Source: Dimorphilus gyrociliatus (lineage: Eukaryota; Animalia; Annelida). Taken from it: 64,000 nucleotides of DNA. The translations under genes and the position numbers were made by a program. The stretch covers positions 310,001-374,000 of the forward strand of contig CAJFCJ010000008.1 in the NCBI GenBank assembly GCA_904063045.1, read 5' to 3'. Below, piece after piece: positions 14,201-28,017 of the stretch; position 1 is the first letter of the stretch; every line of letters starts with the position of its first letter. The notes beneath the pieces are model-generated. The model saw nothing but the letters and a program-made list of their open reading frames with translations. It was not told where the DNA came from and ran no database searches.

Positions 14201-17200
14201 GAGTAGCTGTATACGTGCAGTGAAAGGTATACTGCATACCTTTATTATATGATGCAGATATACAATATACTTATACACATATATGCATTGCATAAATCTA
14301 TCAGAAAATGAAATGAAAAATAGGACAGTGAAGCGTGAGCGCTGTTTGCGCGGTAGCGTCGAATGCAAACTTTGCAAAGGCGTCGACTCTTGCCTAAGGT
14401 CATTCATTATCAAATCCGTCTGCTTTTACTCTTTCTTTTTTAAACAGTATAAATTCGCGATATTATATCTGCGAATTTTGATGATATTGTTCTTATTGAT
14501 TACACATTTTGCTATGATAAGGATGTCATTTAGAGGCGTTACGTTATATTTTCTCGCGTTTTAATATCTTCATAAAAACAATATGCTTACGTTGGATATG
14601 GAAAAATAAAACGTTATATCTCTATTGACCACGGCGCTGAAAAAGGCATCTGTTTTCTGCCTTTTTCGTCTTTAAAGTCTTTGGTTCTCTAAGTAAGCGG
14701 CAAAGTAGCGTACCTTATCAGTCATTCCTCGAAAAGCTATCACGTGATCAACAAAGTAAAAGCAGATTAGACGCTTTTCGTCGTTTTAATACAGAGTATA
14801 TACGAAACAGTGTCAGCGGCCTTAACGACAAACCTTATCCCATGAGACGATATTAAGCACTTGTCACAGAAGAGACGCCGCTAAAATTGGCGGGGCTTGT
14901 ACAACAAATACAAACCATCAGAAAAACCAGTTCTAAAGTATACAAATGAATTTTCTAAATGGGCGTAAATATAAATATATAAATAAACAAACTTGGCTTA
15001 CATAAACGCAAGCGCATATTACACTACCATCGAATACGGCTAATATAGGCCTAGGAAAAGCCAACTGAAAATTTTCTCACTAGGCAGTTGGGAAATCAAG
15101 CAACGGCCGAACGCCGGCTCTCTAATAATATTTACGGCCCAACGTATATTAGGTTTATCGTTAATGAACAGGCAGTTAATCGCTGGGCATACGGTTTTAA
15201 GCTATTTTAGGAGCCTTTCTTCGTTTTGTACAACTGGTTATGGGGTTACTTTAAAAGACAAATCATGTTTAGTACGAAAACTAAAACCTTATCAACCGAT
15301 AAAACGTCGATATAGTCATGAAATAAAAAGTTTCTAATAGAGAATAGAATACTCGGCGCGCATCGACTCGCGACTAATCTGATTACAAAACGCTCTTTCT
15401 TCAAACACTCCCCAACAAGATGGCCTGTTTAAGGTGAAGCACTTTTCCTGCCTTCCTTTGCAAACAATCTGATTTAGCATTCAACACCGTCCACTATTTA
15501 TGCTCTACATAGCCCTCTGGCTACATGGCTAGATAGAATTTAGTCGAAATCTATCCAATATCTCTAGTGAATTTTCAGACGTCGCTTATTGGAAATGAAA
15601 ATAATTTTGTTATGCAAGCCGAACAGGGGGCAAAGAAATAACTACGTATTCACGCCCAATTGTCAATGAAATCGGGCTGGAAATCATTATTATTATTATG
15701 TTCCGGTTCAATGTTTTCCTTCCCAGCGGTACTTTGAACCCATATTAATAAGCGGAAAAGGAAATTGAACGGTTTCTTTCTAGGAAGATTTTTATGAATT
15801 TTTTTTACTACTTACTTTTACACTCTACACCTTCCTGGTAATAGCCAAGACCACATTCACATATGTGCCCTCCCTTTGTATTCCTGCAAGCCCTCTCAGC
15901 AGGACAGGCCAGTTCGTCATTCTTACATTCATCGAAGTCTGCAAAAAAAAAAAAACCGTTTTGTTTGCATACCGTGATGGAGAAAAAAAATGCCGTTTTG
16001 TAGGCCTATGTGAACCGTCTATCTCGTTTTCGCGTCGTTGGTGATAATGATGCTTACCGAAACAACTGTGACCGTTGAATTTGTATCCACGAGAACAGAC
16101 GCATTGCTGGGTTGCTGAATCGCAAGTAGCCAAGTCTTGATGATGGGCATATTTACATTTCTCGAATACATCTAAGGGCGAACACGGCTTGCTATCAGTA
16201 TATAATACGTCATCCAAATCTGTTCAGTTGTAAATATAGAGAGTTGATAAGTTAGAGGGACATAAAAGCGTTTTAATAGGTGAAGAGTATATTTCTAGGG
16301 GTTCTTCTAGCATAAAATCGACTTACTCAAGAGTCGGAATTCAACGATTAGAAACAAAATACCAGATTTAAAAAACAATATTATCAAAGCCTGGTAGTAC
16401 ATTTTCATTATGTCGTTTTAAGACAGCGCCATTAATATTAAGAGGAAAAGGCGTGAGAGAAGCGTAGTTTTGCATTTGGACGGGTCATAGGTTATATTGT
16501 ATTTGGTTACGCGATTGATTGGTCTTGGCAGTTACTCTATATCGAACGATTTCTTGACTGATCTGTTAGTTGGTTTCTATATGAGTCTAGCATATATTTT
16601 ATTATATATATATTTAGACGCCTTCGGGCTTTTGGTGTATAAGAACTCATCCTTTTCAGCCTCTTCCTTCCTTTGCTTTTCATTTTCTCATAATAAGTAG
16701 CTATTTATGTGGCCTTCTACATTCTGTTCCTTTTAGCTCTTAGTAACTTTAACTTATTTATTTTTACTTATCTTTAAGAATATGAAATACTTAGCCGTCT
16801 CATTGGTTCAACTTGAAATAATTTCTAAGGAAATTGTAAAAAATACCCTTTCTTTACCAATCCCTTTGCCCTTCCCCATCTCCCTTGGATCGTTTTCATT
16901 TTACTCCTCCCACCGCCCTCTCTAACAATCAGGAGGCTTTGACGATAAAAGTTGTCAAAAATCGACGATTTATTGCACCCCATATTGGCACCTACTTCAA
17001 ACGTACCGTAAGTTATTATTTTCGTCTTGTTGGCCGGTCTAACCCAAAGTGATCGGTGAGTTGTTACTTTATTGTGATTATCCCTCTTGAAAAAAAGACG
17101 AACAGCACCTGTGAAATGAATAAAAATGAAGTAGAAATTCTCATTTTTATTGTTATTATTCGTCTTATGTTCTTCTTCAACAGTATTAAACTATTTACAA

Positions 17201-20200
17201 AGTAATACAATCATAAATTATTAATATTGCAGGTGTTATTAAGTTTTCTTCTCCATCCATCGCCATTCTGATGGATAATAGAATGGAGAAGAAAGAAAGA
17301 ATCTCTATACGGAGTATCGATTTAAGCCGAAAACAAAAACAGCGTCAATAAATAGAGTACTCAAAAATAAGATAATACTTAAAAGTTGCTAAGAATTGTG
17401 TCTTAGCACTCTTCTCGATTAAACATTATTCCTAATGAAAGAGAGAAGGTTAATAATACCATAGAATATGACTTTTTATATATTTTTGACGTAAAAACGG
17501 GACTCGTTGTTATCTGATATGCATTTTAAAGGTGCATATATATAATAAGGGACGTAAAAAAAAAAATTACGAGGAAAATATAACTCATTGCCACACCTAT
17601 CGACTTACCAATTTCGAACTCTTTCGGTACTCTAACTGTAATTAAAGCGTGAGGTTCTAGGCTACAAGTAGCTGCGTAAGTGAGCGTTGAAATTGATACT
17701 ATAGCCAAAACAGACACTGCTAAGACTGTAGTTCTTGAAAGACTTCCGCTACCGCCTCCTCTTCTTGTCAACGTATTGTGAATTGGCGGAACCTTAGGGA
17801 AATATATGAAAAATTAAGCTTTTTAGTGCTTTGAATAAACTCTTACTTCTCCATAAGTTGGATCCGGTATACGGTTTGGTGGTGGAGGTGGTCTGAGGGT
17901 TGACGCGACCAAAGATTCCCCATTTTCGCGAAGTTTCTTCTAGAAAAAGGAAACATTAACGCCATCTATATCATTTGTGAATTGTGAAAAAAATTAATGG
18001 TTTTTGGCGAATATTATTTGTAACTCAATCTCTTTAGCAATTGATAGAAAGTCAGACTAAAAATCGGATTGATGATTTTCATTAAGGGAAATATTATAAA
18101 CGCATCGCTAGAGCTGACTATAAGAGTTTTAGGAAAGAAAAAAGGCTATAATTGTCTAAGTTATTTTCTAAACGGATTACTTTTAGGCTTTAGAAAAGGA
18201 AATTACCAGTATAAGGAAGGGGGGGGGGGGGGGGCAAGGAAGAGTATTTTAAAAGTTTAAATTTACATGCTTACTTAGATCTTATGAAGATATCTACTTT
18301 TGGATAATGACTTTTTATTACATAATAAAGTAGCAGCACTCTTAGAACTTTGAATGTCATCCTACTTCATTTCTCCAAGGCTCGAAAAAAAATTTACAAT
18401 ATATTAACGTTCTGAATGAAGATGGCGACACCAGTTTTGTCACAGTCAATCATCAATCATCAACGCCCCGAAAAAAACAACCGGAATTGATAAATCGAGT
18501 CCGTCGCAACGGGAGACGACGAGCGTGCATTGTTTTGCTTGACACGGTCTGATGGTGAATGATTGATTATTACCGAGCTGAATTCTGACAGTTTCCTGTC
18601 CATTTTCTCCTACATTACGTCTACTGAAACAGTAACGACGGTCCTAAATAGCCTATTAATGTTCTTAAGCTAGCGACTGTTTGGTGAAACTGAATGTATA
18701 AGATTTCCTGCGGAGGAGGAGAAATTCATCGACTAAACAAACCTTTTGCGAGTATTCGCACTGTCGTAATGAGGCTCTTTCTCCAATATTGCCTGGAAAA
18801 AATGAAAGAAAGTCAAATATAAAGAAGAATATTTCATATCAGTTCCGCCATCTATCGCCTTTTCTCTTGTGCTATTTGACATGTACAAATGAACTAATAC
18901 TTACTGGACAAGAATTTTCGACGCCTTCGGTTGTACTTGAGAACTAGCAGTGCACAGAAGATGAGTACTATTACGACCGCAACAGAGATGCCGATGGCGA
19001 TCGTTAAAACGTTCCTGCCGGCCCCACCAACAAACTGCAATTAATTGTAGAAAGAGTTATAGAGTGAAACTGCCAAAATAATGAATTTATCTTCTTTTTT
19101 CATTTATGTTATAAAAGTTAGATGAACGATTTGTGGAGAGCAAATGAAAGAGAGTAAAAAATCTAGGTCTTAGAACTGGCGACGCGAAAGGAAGCCTTTT
19201 CCGTAAGCCCGCGTAATAAATCACTCTCGGTCGAAAAAAAAGCGGCTAGAAGATAAGAAAGAGGGTACCGGATTAGCATAAATAATAACAAAACAGTTGC
19301 GGCGTTACTCCATTAGGATAGCTATGTCGTCCATAGTGTAACGTCAAAAGTGGTAAAATTACACTCAACACGCGTGTAATTTTTTTCTATGATCTCAGAT
19401 TGGTAATTTTTCATTATCTTTCATGGTGGGAGAACTACTTCAGTTTTGCACTCTGCTTGTTTTCCCTTTCTATTCTATCCCTCTTGTTTCACTCTCTTAT
19501 CTCTACCAAAAAATCATGCTCACTGACTGAACACTAATTTCTAAATATAGAATTAAAAAAAAAGAAGAGAGAAACCTAATTAAAAACTATTATACTCCTT
19601 AAAGAGGTATATTTTATAATTAAGCTCTTTTTCTACATCACCTGAATACAAAGAAATACATAGAGTATGGAAGCATAGAAGTGAGCAAATAAGTTTATAT
19701 ACATGTGCCTTTAAAAAGTCTATACAAATGGGACCGTTTATTCTCATTTTTAATTAATATTTTATTTGATATGTCTCGATTAGATACGGATACGCGCTAA
19801 AAGTCAGGAACAGTGCAGTAAATTTACACCCAAGACTGCGGTAGTCGGCTTTTAAGAAATATTGAAAAAGTGTTATATTATATTTTATATTGCTTTATTA
19901 GGTTATATTAGCATTAACTGACACAAAGAAAGGAAATTTCCGTACATAAGAAGCCTTTAACCTGAAGATAGTGACAAAGACAGTGCTACAGTAATAAGAA
20001 GAATGTGTGTGAGAGAGGGAGAGACTTGTGTCTGCCAAGAGGGACAAGAAGAAAAACTCAGAGTTTTCAGTAAATTATTCATTAAACAATGATACGCTAA
20101 TAAGCGATGGTTTTGTAAACCCAATTGGGGAGAAAAGAAAGACAAATACGCATGGAAATATTTATGAGAAATAGTTCTAAAACTGGAATATAGATAGAGA

Positions 20201-23200
20201 GAGCCCTCTTGTATAATATACTTTGTCTTGTCTTTCCTTGTACAATATCGGTGGGAAATCGATCGATCTCAGCTTTGATAAATAGTGGAAACTATTTAAA
20301 AAAAGAGAAAGAGAAAGGGCTTTCTCTCTTTATGGCTCTTATCTCTTTTATTATTATTCTTTTTTTTTCTTTTTCCATCATTGACAATTGATGTTTTATA
20401 AGATGATACACAGTCTAAAAACGGATTTCATTAGACGCAGCAAAGAATTGAAAGTTAAAAAATACTTCAGTATCTAAAATTAGAATAAAAAGAAACTGGT
20501 AAACTATTTCAAATGCTCTTTTCAATTACTTTTCCAATAAGTCAGTGGTTTGGAAATTCGACGCTTTTTGATGTAAATTTAACATCAACAACGATAGAAA
20601 AGAACTGCTCGCGAAATTATTCAATAGGGAGAGAAGGAACAATAAAACTATCGACTTGTCAATATATTGTAATTATATATTACATGTATATATACTGTAT
20701 ATTGTACATATTGTAATACACACAAGCATGTTGATAGTAGAGTAAGCTACATAAATATATGTGTATTGATGGTTTATGAGTGAATGGATGGAGTAAGGAG
20801 AACAAAAATAATGATAATTAACAAGAAAACATTGTAAATATTGAATAAAGTTGTCTTATCGCAGAATAATTAACTATTTTTTTAGAATTATTAAATTGTC
20901 TGGTGAATCTAAGCCGTTGCGACAACCTTATAAAAATTTCAAAGCTCAATGGTTTTTATAGAGAGAAAAAAGGAAAAAGTTCGTTTGTAAGTGACCCGCA
21001 GGTGCGATATAAGGGCTTTGCAGATCGCATATGCATTAATCAAACCTCGTTTAAAAAAGATAGCCCCAACTATGCAAGTATCGAACGTCTCGCACGCAAT
21101 GTTTATATTTGTATGAGAGACGTCGCCAGTCGCTCTTTTACATAATGCAACGGCAAACATAGTTAATCGCAAAGCTGGATTTAATAAAAGCCTAAAAAAT
21201 TTCACTTATCGTCCATTGGATAACCTTTAAAAAATTTGACACGCTTGTCTAAGAAAGGGCGAAGGGTAGTAGAAGAAGTTAGCAGATTTTCTTTCATCAG
21301 GCTCCTTTTATTTGACTACATAAATGCGCACGTTGCACATGCAGTGTTTATTACATATTGCATTCTATGAAGATAATCAATGGCTTTTTTTAGCTCATGT
21401 AGCTAGTTTGCTAGATTACATTTTGTACATGTTAAAAACACGTAGAATAGCGTCTGGTTCTCGTTATTATTATTGTTATTATTATTATTTTCGCCATTAT
21501 TATTATTGTTGTGTTGATAGAGTTTTTATACAGTTGAAAAGAAGAAGAAATGAATTCCGTCTAGGAATTTCCACTCACAATACTCCCTAATGCGGAAGAG
21601 AAATTGCGGTATAGTCATTGGGTTTTATTGACCATCTGCAAAGGTTTACTCTATGAAAGTGGTTTTAGAATCTGGTCACCCAATTTAATTTAAATTACAC
21701 ACAAATCAGTAAGATCTTTAGATTCTCCTTTATCAGGTGTTTATTTACATTTTTCTCATTATTAAAGTTCCACTAATTATTGAGAAATTCTTTTATTAAT
21801 TCGACCGTATAATTTCACGAAAATAATTACACACAGGCATTTAATTTTATGTACTTGAGCCAAAAAAATTTCCCTTTCCCTTTTTATTTCCTAGGCCTAT
21901 TATGCAAGGATAAATACACTACTTGATAAACATACACAGTTGTACTTTAAAAAAATATATTTTACAGATTCTACCTTGACACTTTTTCAAGTAGCGTCTG
22001 TGAAGGATAAAGTTACTGGAAAGAGTAACACTATTTCCTAAAGAGACATGGATATAAGCTCGTAAGAAAAAAATTCTGACCCTAATCGAACAAGACGACA
22101 TACAAATTCGGTATTAGAGATAAGATGCTTGCGACCTAGTTTTCTCAAATACCCTTCGAAGAAAGAATTTTTTGCAGTCGGCACCACCTGCGACAATCTA
22201 CTGGAAAAAATCCGATACGACTTTTCTTTTATACATTATACAATATACGGGTAACATCGATTTTTCCCCTCCTCCCTACAAATGTATATCTACATTAGCA
22301 CTTCCTTTCAACTAGATTAATCCGAAAATAAAACAAGAGTATGTTTATAGAGTTTAGAGACAAACTCGGTTACAAGAATTCAAAGGGAGCAATATAATAA
22401 ATAAAGTGGATTAGTGTAAAAAAAACCAGAGGTTAGTACAGTCAGCTTTTATTGACAGCTGGCCATAGTTTTTTTGAAAACAATCTTTCTCCCACCTAGA
22501 CCGAAAAAGAAAAAAATCTCTAACTGCCGCCCCCCCCCTGCTCGCTTTCTCTTCTGAAATATAACGATTTACTATGTAAACGTAACCGCAAAAGCGATAC
22601 GTGACTTTAATCGTAAAGTTTGCAGTCATGCGGAGTCACTTGTCGACTGGAATTTAACGAAGCCCGACTTTTTGATGATATTCTTTTTCTCTTTTGCTAT
22701 CCAAATGTATACGAAAAGGAAAAAATGTCAACTGGCATCAATTTCTTTGTGAAATTCATGTAATTTTATATCGATTTAATCGATTTAGTTCTTTAGGGGA
22801 TATATTTTTTCTTAACCTAATTTTTCTTACATTTCGATGTTTAACTTCTAATTATCTTGTACACGGAATATCTCAATTAACAATGAAGAAAAATGGGTGC
22901 ACAACACACATATATACAAATATATATAAATATATATATTGTATATACATGTAGAAAAAGAGAAAGGATAGAAAACAAAATTGTTCCCAAATGATTTTTA
23001 AATTTGTTGACCTTTTTGCTATTATTATTTGTTTTATTTGCACATCTGTAAGCATATTTTATTTTATCAAATTCGTATTCAAAGTCATATATATATAAGA
23101 CTTAGTCATTAAATATTACCTCGAATGAATACTTGATTATATGATAAACGTATTTATAAACTGTTTATATTAATGTAAGCTAACCAAAAAGAGTTAAACC

Positions 23201-25121
23201 TATTGTTCTTTTTTTTCAATAAAAGCTGTCTGCATAAATGTGTTGATAAGTTTAACGAAAAGTTAATTAGTTTTAATTAACAATTATCTAATTTTAACGA
23301 TAATTCAAGTGTAAATGAGTTGAAAAAAAAGAGAAAGGAATTTAATAAATGTAAACTTTTGTATTCGTAAAGAGTTACACTTTTATTACCGAAGTAAGCA
23401 GATGTTTTATATAAAAATTATATACACTATTTATAATTTGGTGAGAGTAGTCGATTTATGTAATAAATTACGAATAATAAAAGGAAGAGAAAATGGTTTC
23501 AATAACAATATTTCCCAGGATTATGCATCCAAAACCGATTAATTAATGATTCTTTCAGGATAACAAGTACGAGATTTTCGCTTCAATAATCCAAAGTAGC
23601 GTTAAATATTTTATAATATTACTATAGATTTACTTATTAGTAAATGAAAATTGAAAATGTCTACACTACGTCACCTATCATTCCATCGATTAGTTTTTGT
23701 TTTTTTTGTTTTGTTCTTGTAACGTGTATAGAAAAAAGGAATAACAATGAAAAAAACGTGTCAGTTTTTTAACAAAGACAACGCTATTTTTATGGCTATA
23801 TAATAGCCATAACGATAATTAAATACATTAATAAAATGTTTCTCTTTTCACTTAACAGTGAAAAAACAAAGTGCAAACTCTTGCAATGACAGAACTTTTA
23901 GGTATAAGTCGGTTTCAGGATTAGACTTAACTTTATCTGACGGTCGCGTTCTTGAAAAAAGCTAAATGACCATAGGAAGATTAAGGACTCAATCCTTAGA
24001 GCGAAAAATATATAAATTTAAAAGATGGCAAAAATCCTACATGATTGAAAAATTCCAGTCATTTTTTATGAGTTTACAAAGATACTACGATCATAAATGC
24101 ATAAAAAGAAATCTCTGACTTACGATTTGAGCTACGATGATTGTCCCATTATGAGGTCCTCTGCCAGTTTCCCATTCTTTGAATTTTGTTTCAATTCTCT
24201 GTAATTCGTCCTCATCTGGAGCGAGAGGTAAGACCGTTACTTCAAAAGGAGTTTTTACGGTAGGGTCACTACTCTGTGGAATCTCCTTTACTTCTACGAA
24301 CGCCTGTAAATGAATAACAAAAAAATAGTATACAGGGAATAGGCTCTTAGGAATCTAATTTGGCATGCGATACGTTCGTCAACTAGCTAACTTATTCCTC
24401 GGACAATACGATTAAACAAAGGTCTAGTATTATCTTTATTCAGACGACGAGGCGCTAATGAGTGAGCGTACAGTGTTTCATTTATATGCTTATCATTTTG
24501 CAAAAAATTACATCTCAAATATCCACTACAGCTCCTTTTTGGCTGGTAGTGCTTTTACTACCCGCTGTGAGCTTAATTAACAAATAAACAAATCACCGAA
24601 TTAGTCGGTCACCTTTAACGGGTGCTATATTTCTTGAAAGGTCGTGCAAAGCGACTTGACTAATTATCTCTTATTTCTCCCGGCCAGTCCTCCATTTGAA
24701 ATACTTTATTAATAATCAGAATAAACAATCCTTATTAGCAGACACATAGAAAAAAAAAATTGTTACCCAAAGCTGAGAAAATTATAAAAGCGTCACTATT
24801 TTTAAAAAATTCTATCGCACACGAATATGCATCTGTGCAGTAGAACTGCAAAATGCGAACATGGAATCATTAGTTTAATTTAACGTCACGCGAACCTCCA
24901 ATACGAAAATACAGGACGAGAAAAAGCGCTAATGTAGAAAACAAGTGGAGCATATTGAAAGCTTGACTTTATGGTAACCAAACTTCCCATCTCTGCTTTA
25001 TCAAGCGTTCAATGATGCCAACGTATCCAGTTGTATTTACTCAAAAATGCGTAGTTCCTGCCACTTTTTCGAAAATGGATATAAAAAGCAACGTTTCACC
25101 GTTAACACTTATAAATATATA

Positions 25122-25163
<42 letters not shown>

Positions 25164-27381
25164 CACTCTCCCGGGCTCTCTTGCCCAGTCTTTACTTCCA
25201 TTTTTCATTTCCATCTGTCAGATGGCGTTCGGAAGGTAAGTGGGGACTAGAAGTAACGAAGAATTGATAGATAATGTTAAAAGGATCGACCCAACTTTCT
25301 ATATTTGCCAGCGGTTACGCATGCGCCTCAAGTCTTACGCGATCCTGTTTTATTGCTAGGCGTCTAATCTCATACTAGCTTTTTCGCGATTGGGCTAGAT
25401 GAGCCAAATCCGACAGGATTGCAAACTACTTCGAAGGATCAACGCTGTTGCAGCCTTAGTAATATTCTCTCTCAGACCCGTTTAGCCGTTTGGTGTGCAT
25501 TTTTTATGAATGTTCGCCCTCAAACCTCGTAAAATGGGAATAACACGAATCAAAATGTATGCTTTGGAGACCACACGCACAAAATTTACGATATTGCCGT
25601 CCCTATCCCCTTCCTCACATTATTTTATTCTGAAAACCGATTTATGACCCACAGGCCGTCAGACAGATATAGTAACGTCGCTCATCACAATATATATAAA
25701 CGTTCAACGCTTCGACAAGAACTATATATATAGAAAAGACAGGCGATACTATGATTAAACTATATACTGGTATAAAAAGACCGATAGCAGTTTACAATCG
25801 AATTTAGAATCAAATAGGTTTTTATATTACTGATTTCTTTCCTTTTACTTTTTCTTGGGAATTCACACTTATTAGATATACATGTAAATTCAATAAAAAT
25901 TATACAGGTACGTGGTATGATAGTATAAAAGCATAGTAATACGATATATCTACTGCTAAAACGTTCAAGTAACGGTCAGACAACAAAACATAAATAAATA
26001 TTGAAATGTCAATGTTATAGTGCTTTATAAATCAAGTTGACGTCGAGAGGTCGAGCATGTTCTAATCCCGTTTCGTACGCATTTTAGAAACATTTATCCA
26101 AAGCAGTAGCTTTACGTTTAGGATCAACATTATTAGCGCGTATTAGAGGTGCAAAGAAGAATATAAAATAAGAGAACAAAGATTAGGACCCGTATTTACT
26201 GTTTAATATATGTGGAACCATTTTTAAATATTTCTAATATAAACATACATCTGTATAACACAAACTATTGCTAAAATGAGACTACGAAAACTGCTTTTAT
26301 TGATTCATATATTGGATTTTCACATTTCAGATTTTAACCAATCGTTAGTTAACGTTCCACGTTTATTTTTCATCAACACGTCTCATTCAAGCCTATTGAA
26401 CCGACAAAAGATCTCTATTTATAAAAACCTGCGGGAATGTTGTTCAATCTTATAAAAAAGAAATATCTATCCTATACTAATTGCTCAATGATAGCTTTAA
26501 CTATAGAAAGATACGTTATTATTACTGTCGTATATATTCGACTCGTATATTTTGTATCCGCAGCTTCCTAAAAGGCTTTAAAACATCTACAATCTCTTCT
26601 TCCGGTTCATACTACGCCAACGTATCTTATGAGGTAAAACGGCCGGAATTAGATTGTTACTAACTTATAATGGAGAATTGGTTCTACCTAAGAGACAGAG
26701 GGTAATAGAGTAAAAAGATGACGGAGGGGTGGAGGGAGGGAGAACTAATTGAATGAAACGTATATCATTAAACAGGTATATAAGATGGAAGGAAAAGTCA
26801 AAGAAAAAAAAGCAACAACAAAGTGTTGAAACGACATGATTGTTTACAAATCTCTTTTTAAGCCTATTAATTTTAATTCCTTCGCTGTGAAAAGTCAAGA
26901 ATATCGACCATTGGTGTAATTATGGACAAGCTGAAGACTTATTTGTTTACTTAAGCCTACACGGGCGATTGAAAAATTTTCTTGCATAATAATAAGTTGT
27001 TTACATTCGGAACGGCCGATTCAGTTTATATGCTGCATTTCACAACATAGTAATAAGATAAAACATTCACGGTTAAATCGAACTATTTTTAAAAAATAGA
27101 CCTTTTTGTTTTAGAAGATTAGTAAAGCATTCTTAATGAAGAATCAAGCATAAGAGGAAGTGAGCGTATTATAGGCCTTCTATATATATATACTTTCATA
27201 AACGACGTCTAATGTGACTTACCTTTATGTTACACCTTATGTGTACTTCTTGAATAGTTTTGGCTTTGGATTTATAAGAGATTTTTTTCGCTATTCGTAA
27301 GTTTTCGCACAATTTTGAGGACGTTTCTTGTAGAATAACGTTTAATATAAAAAAGGTATAAAATCCACAAATGACTTTCAT
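1..27381 (-). CDS. Gene A: multi-exon EGF/TNFR-Cys multipass membrane protein, 3' end beyond the left edge; paralog of gene B
   Basis: Phase-compatible GT-AG exons: 27381-27223 (MKVICGFYTFFILNVILQETSS, signal-like), 24303-24124, 19034-18905 (TM VLTIAIGISVAVVIVLIFCALLVL), 18792-18743, 17939-17847, 17792-17609 (hydrophobic TTVLAVSVLAIVSISTLTYA), 16219-16058 (EGF), 15938-15816 (Ca-EGF DFDECKNDELACPAERACRNTKGGHICECGLGYY), 13644-13570 and 9437-9366 (TNFR-Cys), possibly 9186-9130, then 6045-5864, 5742-5597, 5524-5350, 2267-2072, 2006-1442 and 1365-<1. The last is a stop-free frame of about 455 codons with two TM segments, missing from the ORF track. Exon use around 18300-18800 and 9130-9186 is uncertain. 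Confidence 0.8.
5200..5300. repeat. (TA)n-rich microsatellite (representative; others at about 3465, 25132, 40844, 52078, 52558, 59655)
   Basis: Runs of alternating TA in introns. Confidence 0.85.
9366..16219 (-). CDS. Gene A EGF, Ca-binding EGF and two TNFR Cys-rich repeat exons
   Basis: Four symmetric phase-1 exons: 16219-16058 (CDSATQQCVCSRGYKFNGHSCF), 15938-15816 (D-x-D-E-C Ca-EGF consensus), 13644-13570 (CSAGCPFETYESKPCSNAGDHTCS), 9437-9366 (CSDCEGPYYEARACERNMDRKCM). The last two match the TNFR_c6 pattern C-x-x-C...Y...C...D..C. Confidence 0.85.
18219..18234 (+). repeat. Poly-G run (16 G)
   Basis: Homopolymer in an intron of gene A. Confidence 0.85.
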
Positions 27382-28017
27382 CTCTTTCCTTTAAGGCACG
27401 GCAGTCATTTCCATTTGTGTTTATATGTCTAAAATCATCATTTATATCCGACTTTATTTAAATTTTTTGGGATAAGCGCCGTAAAATCATTCTTTCGTGT
27501 CGTATTCGATATAAGAATGCAACTGAATGCTGATTGGTTCTGCTCTTACCTTTATCATACTCACTCCTTAGGGATAAGTCCATAAAATATTATTAATTTT
27601 AAACGATATCTAATAAAATCATTAAAAGCTTATTTCTTTTGTAATTTTATTTACTTGTTATAAATGAATGAATATTGAAATTACGAGTATTCTACTTAAT
27701 TTTCTCTAATGTATAGTAGTAGTAACAAAAAGTGGGGGTATATCTACAAACTGGAATACTCGTTTGGCGGAATCTTAGCAGACGCCGAAACAGGGCCATA
27801 ATATACATTTTCGTGTGTAATTTCTTAAATTTCTTGCATCCCAAAGGAATTCTCCGTCTATAAACGATTTCGTCATCCACATAATACTCGTCTGTGCTGA
27901 TCAAGATCAACTCCTCTAACAAACATGCCCTAAAAGACGAACGATAAACGTAAGTTTGTAGCCCGCGCTTTTTCTTCTATATTCTCATACACTCATTTCA
28001 ACTATTCTCGTCGTCAG
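27382..28017. promoter_or_regulatory. Putative bidirectional promoter and 5' UTR region between the start codons of genes A and B
   Basis: ATG of A at 27381 (minus) and ATG of B at 28018 (plus), each followed by a signal-peptide-like stretch. A plus-strand donor (AAAC/gtaagt, 27950) and an acceptor directly before B's ATG (tcgtcag/ATG) suggest a 5' UTR intron, with an in-frame stop upstream. Confidence 0.6.

Noticed and set aside
18275-18345. Exon candidate DDIQSSKSAATLLCNKKSLSKSRYLHKI* that would terminate gene A early
   Set aside because: Weak acceptor, and a phase-compatible route from 18743 to 17939 bypasses it. Needs RNA data.
19414-19527. Small plus-strand signal-peptide-like ORF MVGELLQFCTLLVSLSILSLLFHSLIS
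   Set aside because: Only 37 codons, pyrimidine-rich, no splice donor; likely chance.
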